From: Octopus vulgaris
Lineage: Eukaryota
Assembly (NCBI GenBank): GCA_951406725.2
Contig: OX597830.1
Location: 46,562,001 to 46,626,000 of the forward strand
Direction of reading: 5' to 3'
Length of the DNA stretch: 64,000 nucleotides
Position numbers and translations under genes: made by a program. Under the pieces are notes generated by a model, which ran no database searches, had not been told where the DNA came from, and saw only the letters and a program-made list of their open reading frames with translations. The first letter of the stretch is position 1. Every line of letters begins with the position of its first letter. Of this stretch, positions 38,147 to 54,200 are shown piece by piece.

Positions 38147-41100
38147 TGTGTTTGTGTGTGTGTGCATTCCATTGCAAAGTCCAATGCTTCCTGGTTGTGA
38201 GATGTGGGCCTTGAATGCAGAGAATTTCCAAAGTTTAGGTAAAAATGAAGTGATCATGCTCCGCTGGATCTATCATGTTAACGTGCTTGAATGATGGTAA
38301 AGAAATAACCCAAGAGAAAAGCTGTTTAGCAAGGAATGTCAGTGTTGAAGAGTTCCAAGTTTAACCCTTTAGTGTTCAGATTATTCAATCAAACATAATG
38401 CTTATTGATTCACATTGATTTGAATTAATCATATCTTCAAGACCTTGATGGTGTAATTACTTAATGTAGAATAGCATTGTAGGGTAGGTGTGAGAGCCTG
38501 GATCTGGTCAGTTTGAACATAAAACAGATTAAATATTTTGGCCGGATATGGCCGGTTTAAATACTAAAGGGTTAAAACATGTTCAGATGAATGTCAGGAG
38601 GCATGATTTGTTTTCCACATGTAATAATTTATTTTACCAGGAGTGGCTGTATGGTAAGTAGCTTGCTTACCAACCACATGGTTCTGGGTTCAGTCCCACT
38701 GCGTGGCATCTTGGGGCAAGTGTCTTCCACTATAGCCTTGGGCTAACCAATACCTTGTGAGTGGATTTGGTAGATGGAAACTGAAAGAAGCCCGTCGTAT
38801 ATATGTGTATGTGTGTGTTTGTGTCTGTGTTTGTCCCCCCTTCATCACTTGACAACCGATGCTGGTGTGTTTACGCCCCCGTAAGCTAGCGGTTCAGCAA
38901 AAGAGACCAATAGAATAAGTACCAGGCTTACAAAGAATAAGTCCTGGGGTCGGTTTGTTCAACAGTGCTCCATCATAGCTGCAGTCAAATGACTGAAACA
39001 AGTAAAAGAATAAAAGAATTACTAAACCAAGTGTGCATAAAGATCAATGTCCTGTTGATGGAATGGTTAATAAACATGAAACACTTGATGAGGGATTAGT
39101 GTGTGGCGAGACGGGATTGGATTTTGTATTATAACTTATACTAGCAGCATAGCCCGGCATTGCCCGGGTATGTAAGAGCCCCTGGAGCAGACATGATGCT
39201 CGCTGTGAATTTAAAAAGAATTCCTGCCAATTTGAGAAAGATATTGTCGAAAATATGTCATCTTGAATTTGAACGCGATTTCCCAAAATGGCATGATTTT
39301 ATCGATTTTTTCTGATGGTAAGGTATTGCATGGAAAACTAACGTCAGAATTAAGTTTCTTAGGGTAATATTAAGCTTCACCATGAGTTTGGTGAAAATCG
39401 ATTGCAAGTTGCGAAAACTACAACAGAAAATGTGTTGCAAATAAAAAGCTTAGATTCTCGACCCCATGTCGAATTTATCAATTTTTTTCAGAACTGGGGG
39501 AACTTTTCAAACTTTTCGCTGCGTTAGTTTTGAATTATGACATTGGGCTATGTGTGTGTCAAGTTTCATCAGAATCGGTTGAAAGCCGTGGTCAGGGTGA
39601 GGGTACAACCTGACAGACACACAAACTGACAAACTGCTGTTTATATAGAGAGAGATTTTAACTCTGGTGGTTTACATGCTGTAGAACGAATACAAATGCC
39701 AGAAAGGTTGCTCAGTGTTGAATAAGAACACTGTTAAAGAAGCATAGCAAAATTATGATAAGGGTGCTAGGACTGTCAGATACGACAAAATCTCCAAATC
39801 GGTTATAAAAACTGGAATAACATTTTAGCAGATATGTAGTGAAAGCTTTTAAGGCTGTCTAATCTGCCACTCTGCATGTTGGAGAGGAATATAAAAGTAG
39901 TGGTACTTCAAAAGTAGACATTGTTGTTTACTCAACGTCTGGGCTCTAACTGAATTAGCTTCTTGGTAAAAGGTGCGTTTTACTGCTGGGTGGAAGTTGT
40001 TACTTGTATTTGTACATCGCCAATCCTACCCGGTTGGCGTCGGCCAAAGCACAACTAAATTAAGCCACAGTGACAAAATAGTTCTGTCATGTCTCACTAT
40101 AGCCGTGTAGAAGAGGAGTTTATGCAGTTTGGGGGCAGAGAGAAGGGGTTTGTGCTTGTATAGGAAGGGTAAAGAGGATGGAATGACAAAGTGTTGTGCA
40201 CTCAGAAGTGGTTGGAATGTGTGGAAGAGAGAAAGACATGGGACAAAATGGTGAAGACTCCCTTGAAGATGTTGATCCCGAGGAAGGAGATATGAAGGGA
40301 TTGTGATGATTAGCAAGATGCAAAGTTGGAGAAGACAAAGAGAATGGAGTGGGGGTGGGGGATGACATTGTCACTGCATTCATTCTCTAATATATTCCAC
40401 CCCCACCCACTCTCCTACCCATCTTTCACTAACCCTCTGCCCCTCCCCCTCCAGTACTGCTTCCTTAACCATTTTCCCTCTCTCTCTCCCTCTCTTTATG
40501 TTACACCCCTTTCTCCACTCACTCCCATCTATTCATATTTACTCTGTTATCTCTGACAGGGGATACCAACTCTGACAGGGGATCCTCCTTACATACCCTA
40601 CCATCCTTATCACTCTTTCTCTCTTCTTCCCAATCACTAGTGTTTCACTTCCACTATTCCCCCACTGTTTTTTCCTCCTCTCTCTCCCTCCCTCTGCTAT
40701 CATCCCCCACCCCCCCGCAACAGTCTTTCCCTTCTTCCTCTCACACTTTCACTTTTGCCCTTTCTTTGCTTCTCCCTCTCAAAGTAGTTTCGTTCCTTAC
40801 AACTGCTAGTTACAAGGTGGCTTGATCAGTGATAACTAGCAACCAGTCTACTCAGTCAAGGGGGTCAGTCAGCTGAGCAGGAGGAATGCAGGACCCAGCC
40901 TGTGATGAGTTCCTCTAACCGGTATAGGAGGTCATAACACTGAGTAACAACTGAATCAGACCATAATGACCTACTAACTCGTACCAGCATAGAAAAAACA
41001 GATGTAAAATGATGATGATGATCATCATCCTCATCATTTAACATCCGCTTTCCATGCTAGCATGGGTTGGACAGTTCTACTGGGTCTGGGAAGCTAGGAG

Positions 41101-44100
41101 GCTGCACTAGGCTCCAGTCTGATCTGGCGGAGTTTCTATAGCTGGATGCCCTTCCTAATGCCAACCACTCCATGAGAATAGTGGGTTCTTTTACGTGCCA
41201 CCAGCATGAGGGCCAGTCTGTCGGTACTGGCAACGTCCATGCTTGAAATGGTGTTTTTTACGTGCCACCTGCACAGGAGTCAGTCCAGCGGCACTGGCAA
41301 TGACCTCGCTCGAATGTTTTGTTCACATGCCACTGGCACAAGTGCCAGTAAGGCGACACTGGTTAAAATATACTTGAGAGTCAGTGGTGAGAATTGGGCT
41401 ATGTGAATCTGTCTTTCCTTTGAAGGGAAGCTAAAGTAACAAAATAGTTTAATTTGCTACAAGAAATACAAAACTTTGGTCCATTTGGCTGAGAATGATG
41501 CAGTGAGGCTGTGACAAAGCACCGGGTGAAACAAAAGCCCAGAATAAATGAGGCTGGAGAGACTAGGTGAAGGATCTTTGTGGTGAATAATCAGTGGTTG
41601 TCAACCTTTTTGATATCTGGGTCAGATCCAAAACTTGAATTTTCTTTTAGGGGGCTGCACCAAAAAATGTAAAATTGAAGTCAGTTAAAGAAAAGTTTAT
41701 TACATTTATTGAAGAAAAAGAAGGATGCTTGAGGGCAGCATGCAGCCCCGGGAGCTGCAGTTGAGAATTGAGTATATCACCATTCTCGTTTTGATGTCTG
41801 CATTTCCAATGTCTTCATGGTTCAGAACAAGACTACATTGGAGCAGGCTTTTCAACAAGACCCTCTGCCCCATCCTGACATCAAGCTTTGTTTCCAAGCG
41901 AGATAATATTTCCTCAGTCTATCGAGTTTCACATTAGCAGTTATTCAAACAGACAATGTATGGGAAGTAGCAGGATTATGTAAACAAAATCTATTCACAG
42001 TCAGATTGAAAGGAGATTAGCGAACATCGGGATTTCATTGGTTGTCTCCCTTGCCCACAGAAATAACTTTTAGAAAATTAAGGAGACATTCAAATATGGA
42101 ATGTCATATACAGAAATCAACGTTTTGCACTTGGGCAAATATGGTGTTTCCATATCTTTGGTAGCTTCTGTAGAACTGACAGGGAAGCAAGTGAGATAAC
42201 TAACATTAAATTCTTTTCTACTCTAGGCCCAATGCCCGAAAATTTGGGGGAGGGAACCAATCGATTCGATCAAACCTAGTACGCAACTGGTACTTAATTT
42301 ATCGACCCTGGAAGAATGAAAGGCAAAGCCAACCTCGGCGGAATTTGAACTCAGAACGTAAAAACAGACGAAATCCCTCTAAGCATTTTGTCCGGTGTGC
42401 TAACGTTTCTGCCAGCTCGCTGCCTTAATAACTATTATTAAAGACGTTTTAATAGTAATGCGAAAAACAAAAGAATTGCTTTTTTATTTCTATATCTTTA
42501 GGGTAGTGGTAGTTGAGAATTTCCCCAGTAATTAGTTAGGGAGGTTTCTGCAATAATTCATTAATTGTGATCTTCATCAGTTGATGGTGAAACTATTCAA
42601 TGGTCATTTGCAGATTGTGAGGAGTGTTTCTTTTTCTGTTCCTTTTGCTCCTTCCTTTTTCTGAGCCCTTTCCACAGAAGGGGTGAGAAATGTTGAACAA
42701 CCATCTGCAACAGACATCCTCTCTCTGTCTCTGTTTGTCTGTCTGTCTCTCTCTCATCCAGGTAACCACGTACCTCCTCTGTAGCAAGACACCTGCTTCT
42801 ATCTCTCTGTCACACCTTTCATCATCTGACACAAGATCACCTCCTCCAGTGTCCCCCTCCCCTCTCAAAATTCTTTGTCTTGCAAGTTACTTGGTGCCCC
42901 TGCTGGTGCTGGTGCTATGTAAAAAGCATCCAGTCCACACTGTGAAGTGGTTGGCATTTGGAAGGGCAGCCAACTGTAAAAACCATGCCAAAACTGACTT
43001 CGCCTGTGCTGGTGCCATGTAAAAACCACTCTATGGGGTGGTCGGTGTTAGGAAGGGCATCCAGCCAAAACAGACACAGTAGCCTGGGCGGCTCTTGTCG
43101 CACCGTCCAACCCATGCCAGTATGGAAGGTGGACGTTACATGAAGATGATGATGAGGATGGTGATATATATGCATTATATATCATCATCACCATTTAACA
43201 ACCATTTTCCATGCTGGCATGGGTTGGATGGTTTGATAGTAGCTGGCCAGGTTGGAGGGCTGCACTGGGCTACAGTCATCTGCTTTGGCATTGTTTCTGT
43301 GGATAGACACTCTTTGGAAATGCCAACCATCTTACAGAGTGTACTGGGTGCTTTTTATGTGGCACCAACACAGGATATACACATACACGCGCATTATCAT
43401 CATCACTTATTCACTTTACTATGCTTGCATGGGTCAGACAGACAGTTTGTGTGTGTGTGTGTGCTTTGAATGAATAATGACTTGATAGTGAACACTGAAT
43501 GTGAAGCTGCTTAGGTTTGGCTGCAGTGGTTATTTTTTCCTGATGTTTTTAAAATACATTTTTGTTTTATATATTTGTTTTTAGGATTATACCATGTACT
43601 GTTGCCTTGAATATTTTTTTTTCTTATATATTGTCATGCTGCATCCCTAAATCAGACATTTGAAACCCTAAATTATGTTTCAAGAAGCTTTAACTTCTCA
43701 AAAATATACACCCTCTGCTTTATGCATTGAGTACTCCTTTCACCCCATTTGTAAGCAAAAGCAGTAATCTATATTTTTTTACCTTTTTGAATATGTATAT
43801 ATCATGTGTGTATGTATGTGTATAAATATTTACTCCTCATCCTTAATGTTTCTGTTTCTGTGCTTGAGACTTTTGTTGAGGCAGAAAATGTCTACAGCCT
43901 GATGCCCTTTCTATCAGCAGCATTTGTTTCCAAGGCAAGGTTATCATCCTCCCCTGGCTATCAAACAATAAACAGTCTGGGCAGTTTGTATGAATGGTGA
44001 TGCATTGTTTACAATCAGCTCAGGCCAAGATAAAGAAAATGTGCACTCAGTCATACACACCTGCACAGTTACACATACATAGATACACACAAACACATCC

Positions 44101-44748
44101 ACATCTGTGTGTGTGTGTGAGTGCGTGCTTATAAAGGCAGCCTTTGACTTCTTCCATCCAAGGAGTTTTTTATCCCAGTATTTACACCATTTTATAGCTT
44201 AATCTATTTTGAGTTCCACTGCTAAAATCGATTTATACATGTGTGTGTATGTGTGTGTGTGTGTGTGTGGTGTGTATACACACACACTCACACACACACA
44301 CAGCACACATATATGCATTATCATCATCACATACATACGCACGCACACACAGAGTTTATTTGTGGGTTAACAAGGCTGCTATTGGTTTTATGCTGGGAGA
44401 AATCTCTCAACAACCATCAAGCCTGCTCCATCAAATGTTGTCACTTGTCTCCAAGAATACTCTTGTTAATCCACAAGTAAAGAATATTTATCCACCATAT
44501 ATATATATATATATATATTTCTTTATTGCCCAGAAGGGGCTAAACATAGAGGGGACAAACAAGGACAGACAAAGGGATTAAGTCGATTACATCGACCCCA
44601 GTGCGAAACTGGTACTTAATTTATCGACCCCGAAAGGATGAAAGGCAAAGTCGACATCGGCGGAATTTGAACTCAGAACGTAACGACAGACGAAATACCG
44701 CTAAGCATTTCACCCGACGCGCTAACGTGTCTGCCAGCTCGCCGCCTC

Positions 44749-44817
<69 letters not shown>

Positions 44818-47800
44818 TACATACACAAACCTACATACATATTTTATGATGTTAGTGTTGTTGAAAATGGAAGATATTCTTGAGGCACAACAGTTCATAA
44901 AAAGAAACTGTTCCCTAACTTTAGATTCTGAAGCTTTACATGGTTGTGAGATATGATGGCTAGTTTCTTGCATATTGAGGAAGAGAAAGGAAGAAGCAGG
45001 AATGTCAGATCTCAAAAGTACTTCACACTGATTGGCAATGAATACCAGTGGCAATAAGTTGTATGTAAACCTGCTCAACTCACGAGAATATGGGAAGACA
45101 TTTGAAAATGAAAATTCCTAAAGGATCTCAGATTTGTTCCCCATAATTAAATGAAACACTTCTATAAATACAGTCAATGTCCATTGCTTTAATATCCTCA
45201 ACTAATATGGAATCATTCTATTCCTAGTTTAAGGAATCAATTTGAATTAAAGAATGTAGTGTGATTTTTGAGTCTACAGAAAAATTCAGTTTGTATTTGG
45301 AATCTCCTTGGGTTCCACTCCACCCGCATCACTGCTGCTAAGAAAGACGTTAACATTGCAGTTTTCATCCATTTATAAAAATGATGAAGTTTCACAATTT
45401 TGTTTGAAATTTTAAGACTTGGCAAGCATTAGGATCTCTTGGTGGACTTAGACCTTGGATTGGAGTTGTTTCCAAATAAAGAAACTGATTTCTTTCACTT
45501 ACGATGCCATTGATGTCATTGAGAAATGCTTGTATCGGGTAACACTTCTGTGCATCTTTTCCTCTCCATGCCTCCATAATTCTATAATTTGTGATTGGGG
45601 TGCCTCTGTTGATGGGGGAGGCTTGGTTCATCATGGGTTTGCGTGAAGCATGACCACACAACTGGACCAAATGATGAATTGGATGCAAATGCCCTTAGAA
45701 TATCTGTACATCTCAAGAAATATTTGGCTGCTGTCGTCAGTGATGTGCATAAATGGACATCCAATATAAGATTTTGAATCTTTATTGCCTGGCAAATACA
45801 AACCTCATTAAATATAGCAGGAAACACTCTTTTGGAACTTATTAAAGCAAATCCCCCCCCACTTATTGTTGAAGATGAAATTGGATTTCAAACTCCTAAA
45901 ATGAGATTAGACTGGTTTAATGATTAAAGAATCGTAATTAATGTATATAATAAGAGTAGATGTCCCAGGAAGAATTCTTCTATGTAACAGGAAATTCTTA
46001 CAAAAATACAAACCCTATTAACTATAGTGATTGATCTGGTTTACCCACCAATTGAAATCAAATGTATAATCTTCATTCAAAAGATTCACTGATTTTCCAT
46101 TTTAATCTTACATAGATAATCCAACAGAGTTGAACGCTGTCAAGATTAGTAAATCTCTGATGACAGTCAAAAAGCTGCCTGTATGCAACAGGGTCACAAA
46201 CCAGGCAGAATGTGTTCCTTAAAATAAAGCAGGGCTAGAAGTGGCTTTGCTTTTGCAGTTGGGTTAAAGAAAGAAGCTCTTCTATCTATGAGCTATAGTT
46301 ACTTCCCGGACGTTATTCTGCAAGTCATTGCTGTAATTTAATTTCTTTTCGTTTTTTTTAATATCCCCAATGGCTGGAATGAGGAAGAGGTAGAGGACAT
46401 TGAGTGACTGAGTTTCTGTTTCCATATTTATGCCGTAACAACATTGCATTTTTCTCTCTTCATATTTTCAGAGCTCTGTTGGGATTGACCTAAATACAAA
46501 GCTGAATATATTCTTATCTAATTACCACAGGATTATCTCATTTCCTTCCATTATATATTTGCGTAAAAGTGTTGAATCTGAGATGACGTATGCTGTTCAG
46601 CATTGCCAAATGGTAATAGGAAGTCGAAAGAGTGGAATAAATGTTCTGCTTTAAGAAAGAAGAGAAAGGCAAATGCTCCAAGTTGAATACTTTGTGGGAG
46701 AGAGAGAGAGAGGAAATGGTGAAAGGGTATTTTTTTGAGAGAGAGAGAGAGATAGAGAGGAAATGGTGAAAGGGTATTTTTTTCAATGGGAATTATTGAG
46801 GAGGAGGAGAAAGAAGCACGAGTGCCATAATTACTTTTATTGAATATATTTCTCAGATTTTTATCTGTAATTAAGAATTCACTATATTTTAGAATCTTGT
46901 ATTTGTTTTAATTCAATCCAGCCTACATCAATTTGTGTGGGTGTGGGTGTGTTATATCATCATCATCATCATTTAGCGTCCGTTTTCCATGCTAGCATGG
47001 GTTGGACGGTTTAACTGGGGTCTGTGAAGCCGGAAGGCTTCATCAGGCCCAGTCAGTTTTGGCAGTGTTTCTACGGCTGGATGCCCTTCCTAATGCCAAC
47101 CATTCCGTGAGTGTAGTGGATGCTTTTTACGTGCCACCTGCACAGGTGCCAGACAGAGCTGGCAAACGGCCACGAATGGATGGTGTTTTTACGTGCCACC
47201 GGCACGGAGGCCAGGCGAGGCTGGCAACGGACACGAACGGATGGTGCTTTTATATCATCATCATTATTATTTTTATATCTGTTTTCCACTCTGGTATGTG
47301 TTGATTGTATCAACAGCATCCAGTGAGAGTCAGAGGACTACATCCTGCTCCAGTGTCTCAGTTTTAGCATGCTTTCTATGGCCAGATGCCCTTCATAACA
47401 CCAACCACTTCACAGAGTGTACGAGGTGCCATTTTTGTGGCACCAGTCCCAGTGAGGCCACCTTGTAGTTTGTTGGAGTCAAGTGACAAGGTGACTCTTG
47501 CAAGAGTGAAGAAGAGCCCCTCACCCCTGAACTGAGCAGGAGAATAGGAGGGATGGCGGACGTCCATGCCTACTTCATGTTTTACTTGAGTGGATGGGCC
47601 AGGCTGGAGTGGGGCCGAGAAGTGAGGTAAATATAATGGTGACAGAGTGTTAGTACATGCTCTCATGGTGATGTACTGAATGAATGGAACATAGATACAG
47701 AAGAATCAGGAAAGTGTGTGGGGTGGTGGTGGTGGTGGTGATGAGGGATAGGGTAAAGTTGCAAAAGTGGGAGTAGAGTATGTGTTTAGGGGATGAAGTT

Positions 47801-50800
47801 AATGAAAGATGAACAGGAGTGGGGGGAGTTGGAAATGATAATAAGAATGAAAGATGGATGCTGATTGAAAGTAGCACAGTAGGGGAGAGGGAGTGGTGGC
47901 TGGCAGTTGTAGAGATGGCAAGATGGTGTGGTATGTAGTAACAGGTCCTGCTTTCATTACTTACAGTAACTATCATCATCATCATCATCGTTTAGCGTCC
48001 GTTTTCCATGCTAGCATGGGTTGGACGGGTCAACTGGGGTCTGTGAAGCTGGAAGGCTTCGTCAGGCCCAGTCAGATCTGGCAGTGTTTCTACGGCTGGA
48101 TGCCCTTCCTAACTATATATATATATAATGGGAAGCTTTATGAAAATAGACAAAAGACGAAGGCAGGTTTATTGAAATAAACAAAAGACGAAGGCAGGTG
48201 GAATACAAACAAACAATTGTATTAGTATGGCGCTCAGGAAATATAAATAAAACAAGTCTTTATATATATAGATGAGAAGAAAAAGGAGGAAAAATAACTA
48301 ACAGAAGTGTGTCTTTTGCGCTAGTAAGCCATTATTTAATTAGTAAATAAAGGTGAGAGAGTGAAGTTGTTTACGATCGTTTGTTTACCATGGTGAGGAG
48401 AATATATATTTATATTTTTGCCTTGTTGCCAATGGTAGACATCGTCAGAACGAAGAAGTCAGAGATAGAGAGAAGAAGAGTGAAAGATCAATAGTTACAT
48501 CGGAAAAGAAAAGATCAAAGATTCGAGTGTCTTACACTATAGTTGGGTTCACAGTTCGTTAAGTCTGTTGTATATATATATTTGTTTGTGTTTGTGTGTA
48601 TGTATTACCTAAAGTATCCTAAATTAACCTTTGCTCACATGGAGTGATGCATGTTAGTTCATGTTAGCAGGCACACACACACACACACACACATACATTC
48701 TGTAAGGCACTGGTACACTCCTGGTAAACTAACTCTTTTGGAATTGGTCTGATTTACAAGTCAAGTCATTTCAGTTCCGCTGCCAGTGTCATTGACGGGT
48801 GCATGAATATCACGACACCCATTCACTACTACTTTTCCTCTTTTATGTATCTTAGGCTAAAGAGAAGATTTACAGACATATTCCACCCATTCTGTTGTTC
48901 AGTGCAGGGAAGGCTTTGCTGGTTACTGCTCTCTTGCCATATCAGATCTTATATTTTGGTGACTTCCAAACCTTAATAAAGGCTGAAGACTGCTCAACTG
49001 ATGTTATTGGTAAAGATATGTAAGATGGAATTAAGGACTTACCAAAGCTAATGGGGACAGAGATTCGTGGTGTGTTATTGTGAAACGCATCTCAATTGTG
49101 GACACTTGGAGAAGGCTTACATTATCTGAAGCCAGTGCCGCCTGACTGGTCCTGTGCTGGTGGCACGTAAAAAGCACCATTCAAGCATGGTTGTTGCCAG
49201 TGCCACCTGACTGGCTCCCGTGTTAGTGGTATGTAGAAAGTACCCACTTACACTCTCAGAATGGTTGGCATTAGGAAGGGCATCCAGCTGTAGAAACCTT
49301 GCCAGATCAGATTGGAGCCTGGTGCAACCACCAAACTGTCCAACCCATGCCAGCATGGAAAGCGGATGTTAAACGATGATGATGATGATGATTGTTTCAG
49401 TATTTTTTTTAAATAGTTGAATGTGATTGAAAATACATTTGGCTGCTATTTCTAGCAGTTTGAGTGATCATGTAGAAACTTTAGTTGGCTCTAGCTAGAT
49501 ATCATCAATGATATCATTACACCATTAAAAGCAATAACAGCCATCTTGGAGATTTTTATGAGGTTTTTATTGGCTTGATATCAGCATGTGAAAGAGACTA
49601 GCATCTTATCCCATTGGAATATTTCTCTCTCATCCACTTAACTGTAAGGCTCCCTGTCTAGCTATCCTCAATACAATAAACTCCTATGAAGTCAATGAAG
49701 GATCTTGTACTATGGCTGCTCAGCCTGTCAGAAATCTCCTTTCAGTCACATCCAACTGCTTTAAAATAGGAAGGATGAATTGGAAGCTGCATAAAAGTTG
49801 TGATTGTTTCGTTATAATTAGTAATCAAGAGAATAGATTCAAATCCCTTAACACCACAAGTCAAGCAGTTGTGTCTGTGTGATGCACAAATGCATGCGGA
49901 AAATAAACGATGCGTGGGTATCATCTGTATAGAAGTTAGTCGAGGACTTTGCAAACTGTTCATTTTGGGCCTGGAGACTTTGGAAGAGTTGCAGCTAGCT
50001 TTCATTTAGTAGACTGACAGATTGACCGGATTCCTGTAGAGTCCCAGACAAGGTAGAAATATTGGAGCCCATGGCTTACTCTCAATGCGATTGGCCTATA
50101 TCTCTGTAATTGTTTGGAGTGAGTAAATCTTGTATGTGGCTGTATACATGTGCGTGTGTATGGATGTAAGTGTAGGTGTGTGTGTGTGTATGCACAAAAA
50201 CAAACAACCGTTTATCTTAAAAGCTGGGCATGGTAAATGCAGTCTCAGCTGTGAACAGAATTTTAAAGTTGTGTATGCATGTATGTGTAAACATATACAC
50301 ACATATATATATGCACTTATTCCAAAATATGTAGATACAAAGTGTGTGATTGGAAGCTTAATTTTTCATGTAAAATACCGAAGTGCTTAGTATGCACTGT
50401 TGGGGAGTCTTGTAAAGTGATGTATGTCTGTAAGTTTGCTACTAATTGTTACTCCAATGGCATGGTTTGGCACTTGTCCAAACATACGGACACAGACGTC
50501 TTCACTTGGCTTTTATATTAATTGAGAAAGTAAAAGATTCTTGTCATTTGCTTTCTCTACTCCAAAAGTTCATTGAAGATTCCTGTGTCCAACCAAATAA
50601 CTGGACACCAGTGTGAAGCCATGATATGAAAATAATAACAGGTACTTAACGTAAGGTTTGGTGGCACAAACAAGAGAAACAGAACTTGGTATGCAAAGCA
50701 TAAATATCTCTGTATATTTGTGCTGTAAAGCTGCAGAAGTGACTCAAAAGCCTAGAGTTTTGTGCATGGCATGTATCAAACTTCAATGTTTGATAAGAGA

Positions 50801-51205
50801 TTCTTACAAAAATATATCTCTGTGTACGAGAAGAAAATGCTAGTAAATCTGACTGATCAAGGTCTTTGAGTCATTGATGTCTCTTTACAGAATATAATAA
50901 AATGGTGTGCCTCTCTGGCATCGTTGGTAAGACTGGAAAAGAAAAATTCCGATAAAGGTTTGATTTCTAATTCTAGATAAATTGCTTCGTCAATGTTATT
51001 AATGCTGATAATTCATTATTGTATGTTTCTGATCGCAAAAGATCAATTGATCAATACACTTAATGTGTTACACCTGTGTGTGTAGCATTAAATGAATTTA
51101 TATCTTTGCACGTATATATATATTTTTTTTTATTATTTTGCTTTAAAAAATAGAACAAAAACATTTTAACCAAACAAAGAAGCCCCAATTAAATAATAGT
51201 GACTT

Positions 51206-51236
<31 letters not shown>

Positions 51237-54200
51237 TTTTTTTTTGCATTGTATGTTTCTTGGTTTAACATGTTGGCATTCTGTTCTGTATAGTCGAATG
51301 TAGCAGCTTCAAATGTGAAACTGAGTCTCTTTTATGACTGGCTGTTATTTGACCCTGACAAAGATAGCATTATGAATATTGGTAAGTTCTTTTAGATTAT
51401 GTTCCTTAGATTTTTCTCCTGTCTAGCAGACATCATGTCTCAATACTTTACAATATAGCAAATTCTTCTGACCCTCTTTCCCTCCCTGCCCATCTTTTTT
51501 TACCTTAGTGTCATTTTCTCTTAGTCACTATATTCCATAGCATTAGAGCTATTTTGATGAGTGACTGGCAGAAATTTTACAAAGCGAGTATTTCTTTTCT
51601 TATAGAAAATTAATTGAATGAGTCCTCTCTGATATTTAGTAAAAGTAAAAAGAAAGAATCAGCTATTTATTGTTTAGCATCAAATCAGCCTTGATTGAGC
51701 CGAACTTATACAATTCATGGCATTTTGTGTCAGCCCTGATTAAGTGGTTTTATATAATTAATGGTAGTCTATCTGTGACCACTCTCTCTTTTTGTATATC
51801 AGGGGTTATATTGTCCAATGTATCTTTTATCTAAAGCAGTAGGTGTGATTTGAAAGATTTAGCTGTTATTTTTAGCCATTTGAGTGACTGCATAAAGGTT
51901 TTTATGTTGGCTCATTGCATTTGATTGTGACCACTATTGGCAGTAATTCTTTTCTCTCTCTTTTTTTTTATTTTGAAACACTTCGGTCTCTTGTGATCTT
52001 CTTCTCTCATCTGGGGACATGAAAATATGAGGGCTCCATTTTGTTTATGTTTTTCTGAATATGAGGAGGTGAGGCAGTGCCCGTAGCCTTTTGGGACCCT
52101 CCAATATTGGGAGATGAGGACAGTTGGGTGAGGTTTGTGCATTTGGTGTTTCATTTGAATTGTGGTAGATTTGTGGCTGCAGAGAAAAAGATGGGTTAAG
52201 AAGAAGTTGCAGGATTTGGGGAAATGTTTAGTTGTGGGTTTGGAAAGTGAGTTATAATGGGTAGGCTTGGGTGTGAGGTGGGGGTTATTGATTTGATTTT
52301 ATATTGGATGAGGAAGTTAAAAAGACCAGTGCTTGCAGAGGCATTGTCTTGCTGGCCATGCATGGTCAGTACTCTTCCCAAGTGTCTTGGCACAATTCTA
52401 CACTTCAATATGGTTGTGCTTAGTAAAGTGCTAATGTCCAGTCGTCTCGGTTCAGCTGTCTGTAAAGTGTTTATTGATAAAGTCAGAGTCTGGGCATTCC
52501 TATCAGTTTTCACCGAACCCATTTCTTTTTTGTTTTGTTTTCTTTTTTTTTTGATTATTATTTTTCTTATCCTTCTTTGTCAAGTGATTGACATATTTAG
52601 AGGTGAACATTGATTTGACAACTTGAAGGCATTTAAAAATGTTTTGGAAATGTTTGGAAACCACCATTTGCTGTGGCTCAAATCACAAAGTGTTGGTGGA
52701 GTGGACAGGGGTGGTGGGTGGGGTGGGGGTGGGGAGGGCAAGCGTCTTGATGTAAGGATATCCTCTGAGTGGAATACATTATAAGGGGGAAGAAAGAAGA
52801 AGAAACATTTGGTAGCATGAAGGGATGTGACTGAATAATGAAAATTACTGAATGTGGAGAGAATTTCTGAAGCAAATATTTTGTAACTGATAAAATGTGA
52901 TTGAAGTAGTAAAACAAAAATCTATCTTTGAACCTGAAACTGATTGACTACAAGTGGATGGTGATTGGAAACTGTGTTACTGTAAGTGGTGGAGTAACCG
53001 ATCAAACACTGCGAATGTGAAACAAAAAAGATGATGACTGCACAAGGAGTGTGATTGTATTGGCAGGTGCCATTGTTTATATTTTTGTTTTCTGTTGTGG
53101 GTCACAGAACAGATCTGACTTTGTATCATGTTGTCTTCCAATGTCAAACCTTCACCGCCATCAGTCATCTTTACAGAATTTTGTGTTGATTTTAACCAGG
53201 GTATTTCCCCCGCTCTCATTCTAGATCCCACTTGCATTTCAGACTGTTCAAATCCTTACGTAACCAATGCGTAGTGGTTGACTAACAAAGGTTCTGCGGT
53301 CTTCTTGCTTCAAGTTACAGTCTAGTTACAGTCACTACTTTTACGTTAAAGTCGAATGGTTTTCTGTGGGAACAACACAAACATCCAACTATAAAAAAAA
53401 AAAGCCTCCAACACTGACCTACTTCCTCCTAAGGCTTTAATTCAAATGTGCAAATAAGTTTAAAATTCTAGGAGATAAATGAAATTAAAAGTGAAAATAT
53501 TGGACAGAGGAAACAAGGATTATTTCAATAATATACACGTTTATGTTCTTGTGATCACACACCTGTGAATAAATTACATAGAAATGATAAATAGCTTCAT
53601 ATAAAATGCACAATCCATGCTTGAGGTGAAAGTGTGAACCGATGAAAGTGTCCTGATGATTTGGCTTTTATCATTGAATTCCAAAGTGGCTCAGTTTGGA
53701 ACTTTAGCTTATATTGGCCCCTTCCCACCTCCATCTCCTTTTTCTTTTCTACCAGACATGTTCTTAAAATCTATTTTCACAGAAACGTTTAAGAGAAACC
53801 CAATGAAAACATTAACTGCTAAACAAACACTCCATTGTGTATTAATAAATCTCCATTTCATTATTGTTATTTCCCTCATTCTACTCATGAATTATGAAAC
53901 TTATGTATATACAGGTGTGTGTGTGTGTACAGGTGATTCAAAAGTCCTTTTAGTATTTATGGATATGGGCTGGTCGACAACTGAGGTCACTTGAGCTTCT
54001 TAATATATATATTTCTTTACTACCCACAAGGGGCTACACACAGAAAGGACAGACAAACGGAGTAAGTCGATTACATCGACCCCAGTGCATAACTGGTACT
54101 TATTTAATCAACCCCGAAAAGATGAAAGGCAAAGTCGACCTCGGCGGAATTTGAACTCAGAACGTAGCGGCAGACGAAATACCGCAAAGCATTTCGCCCG

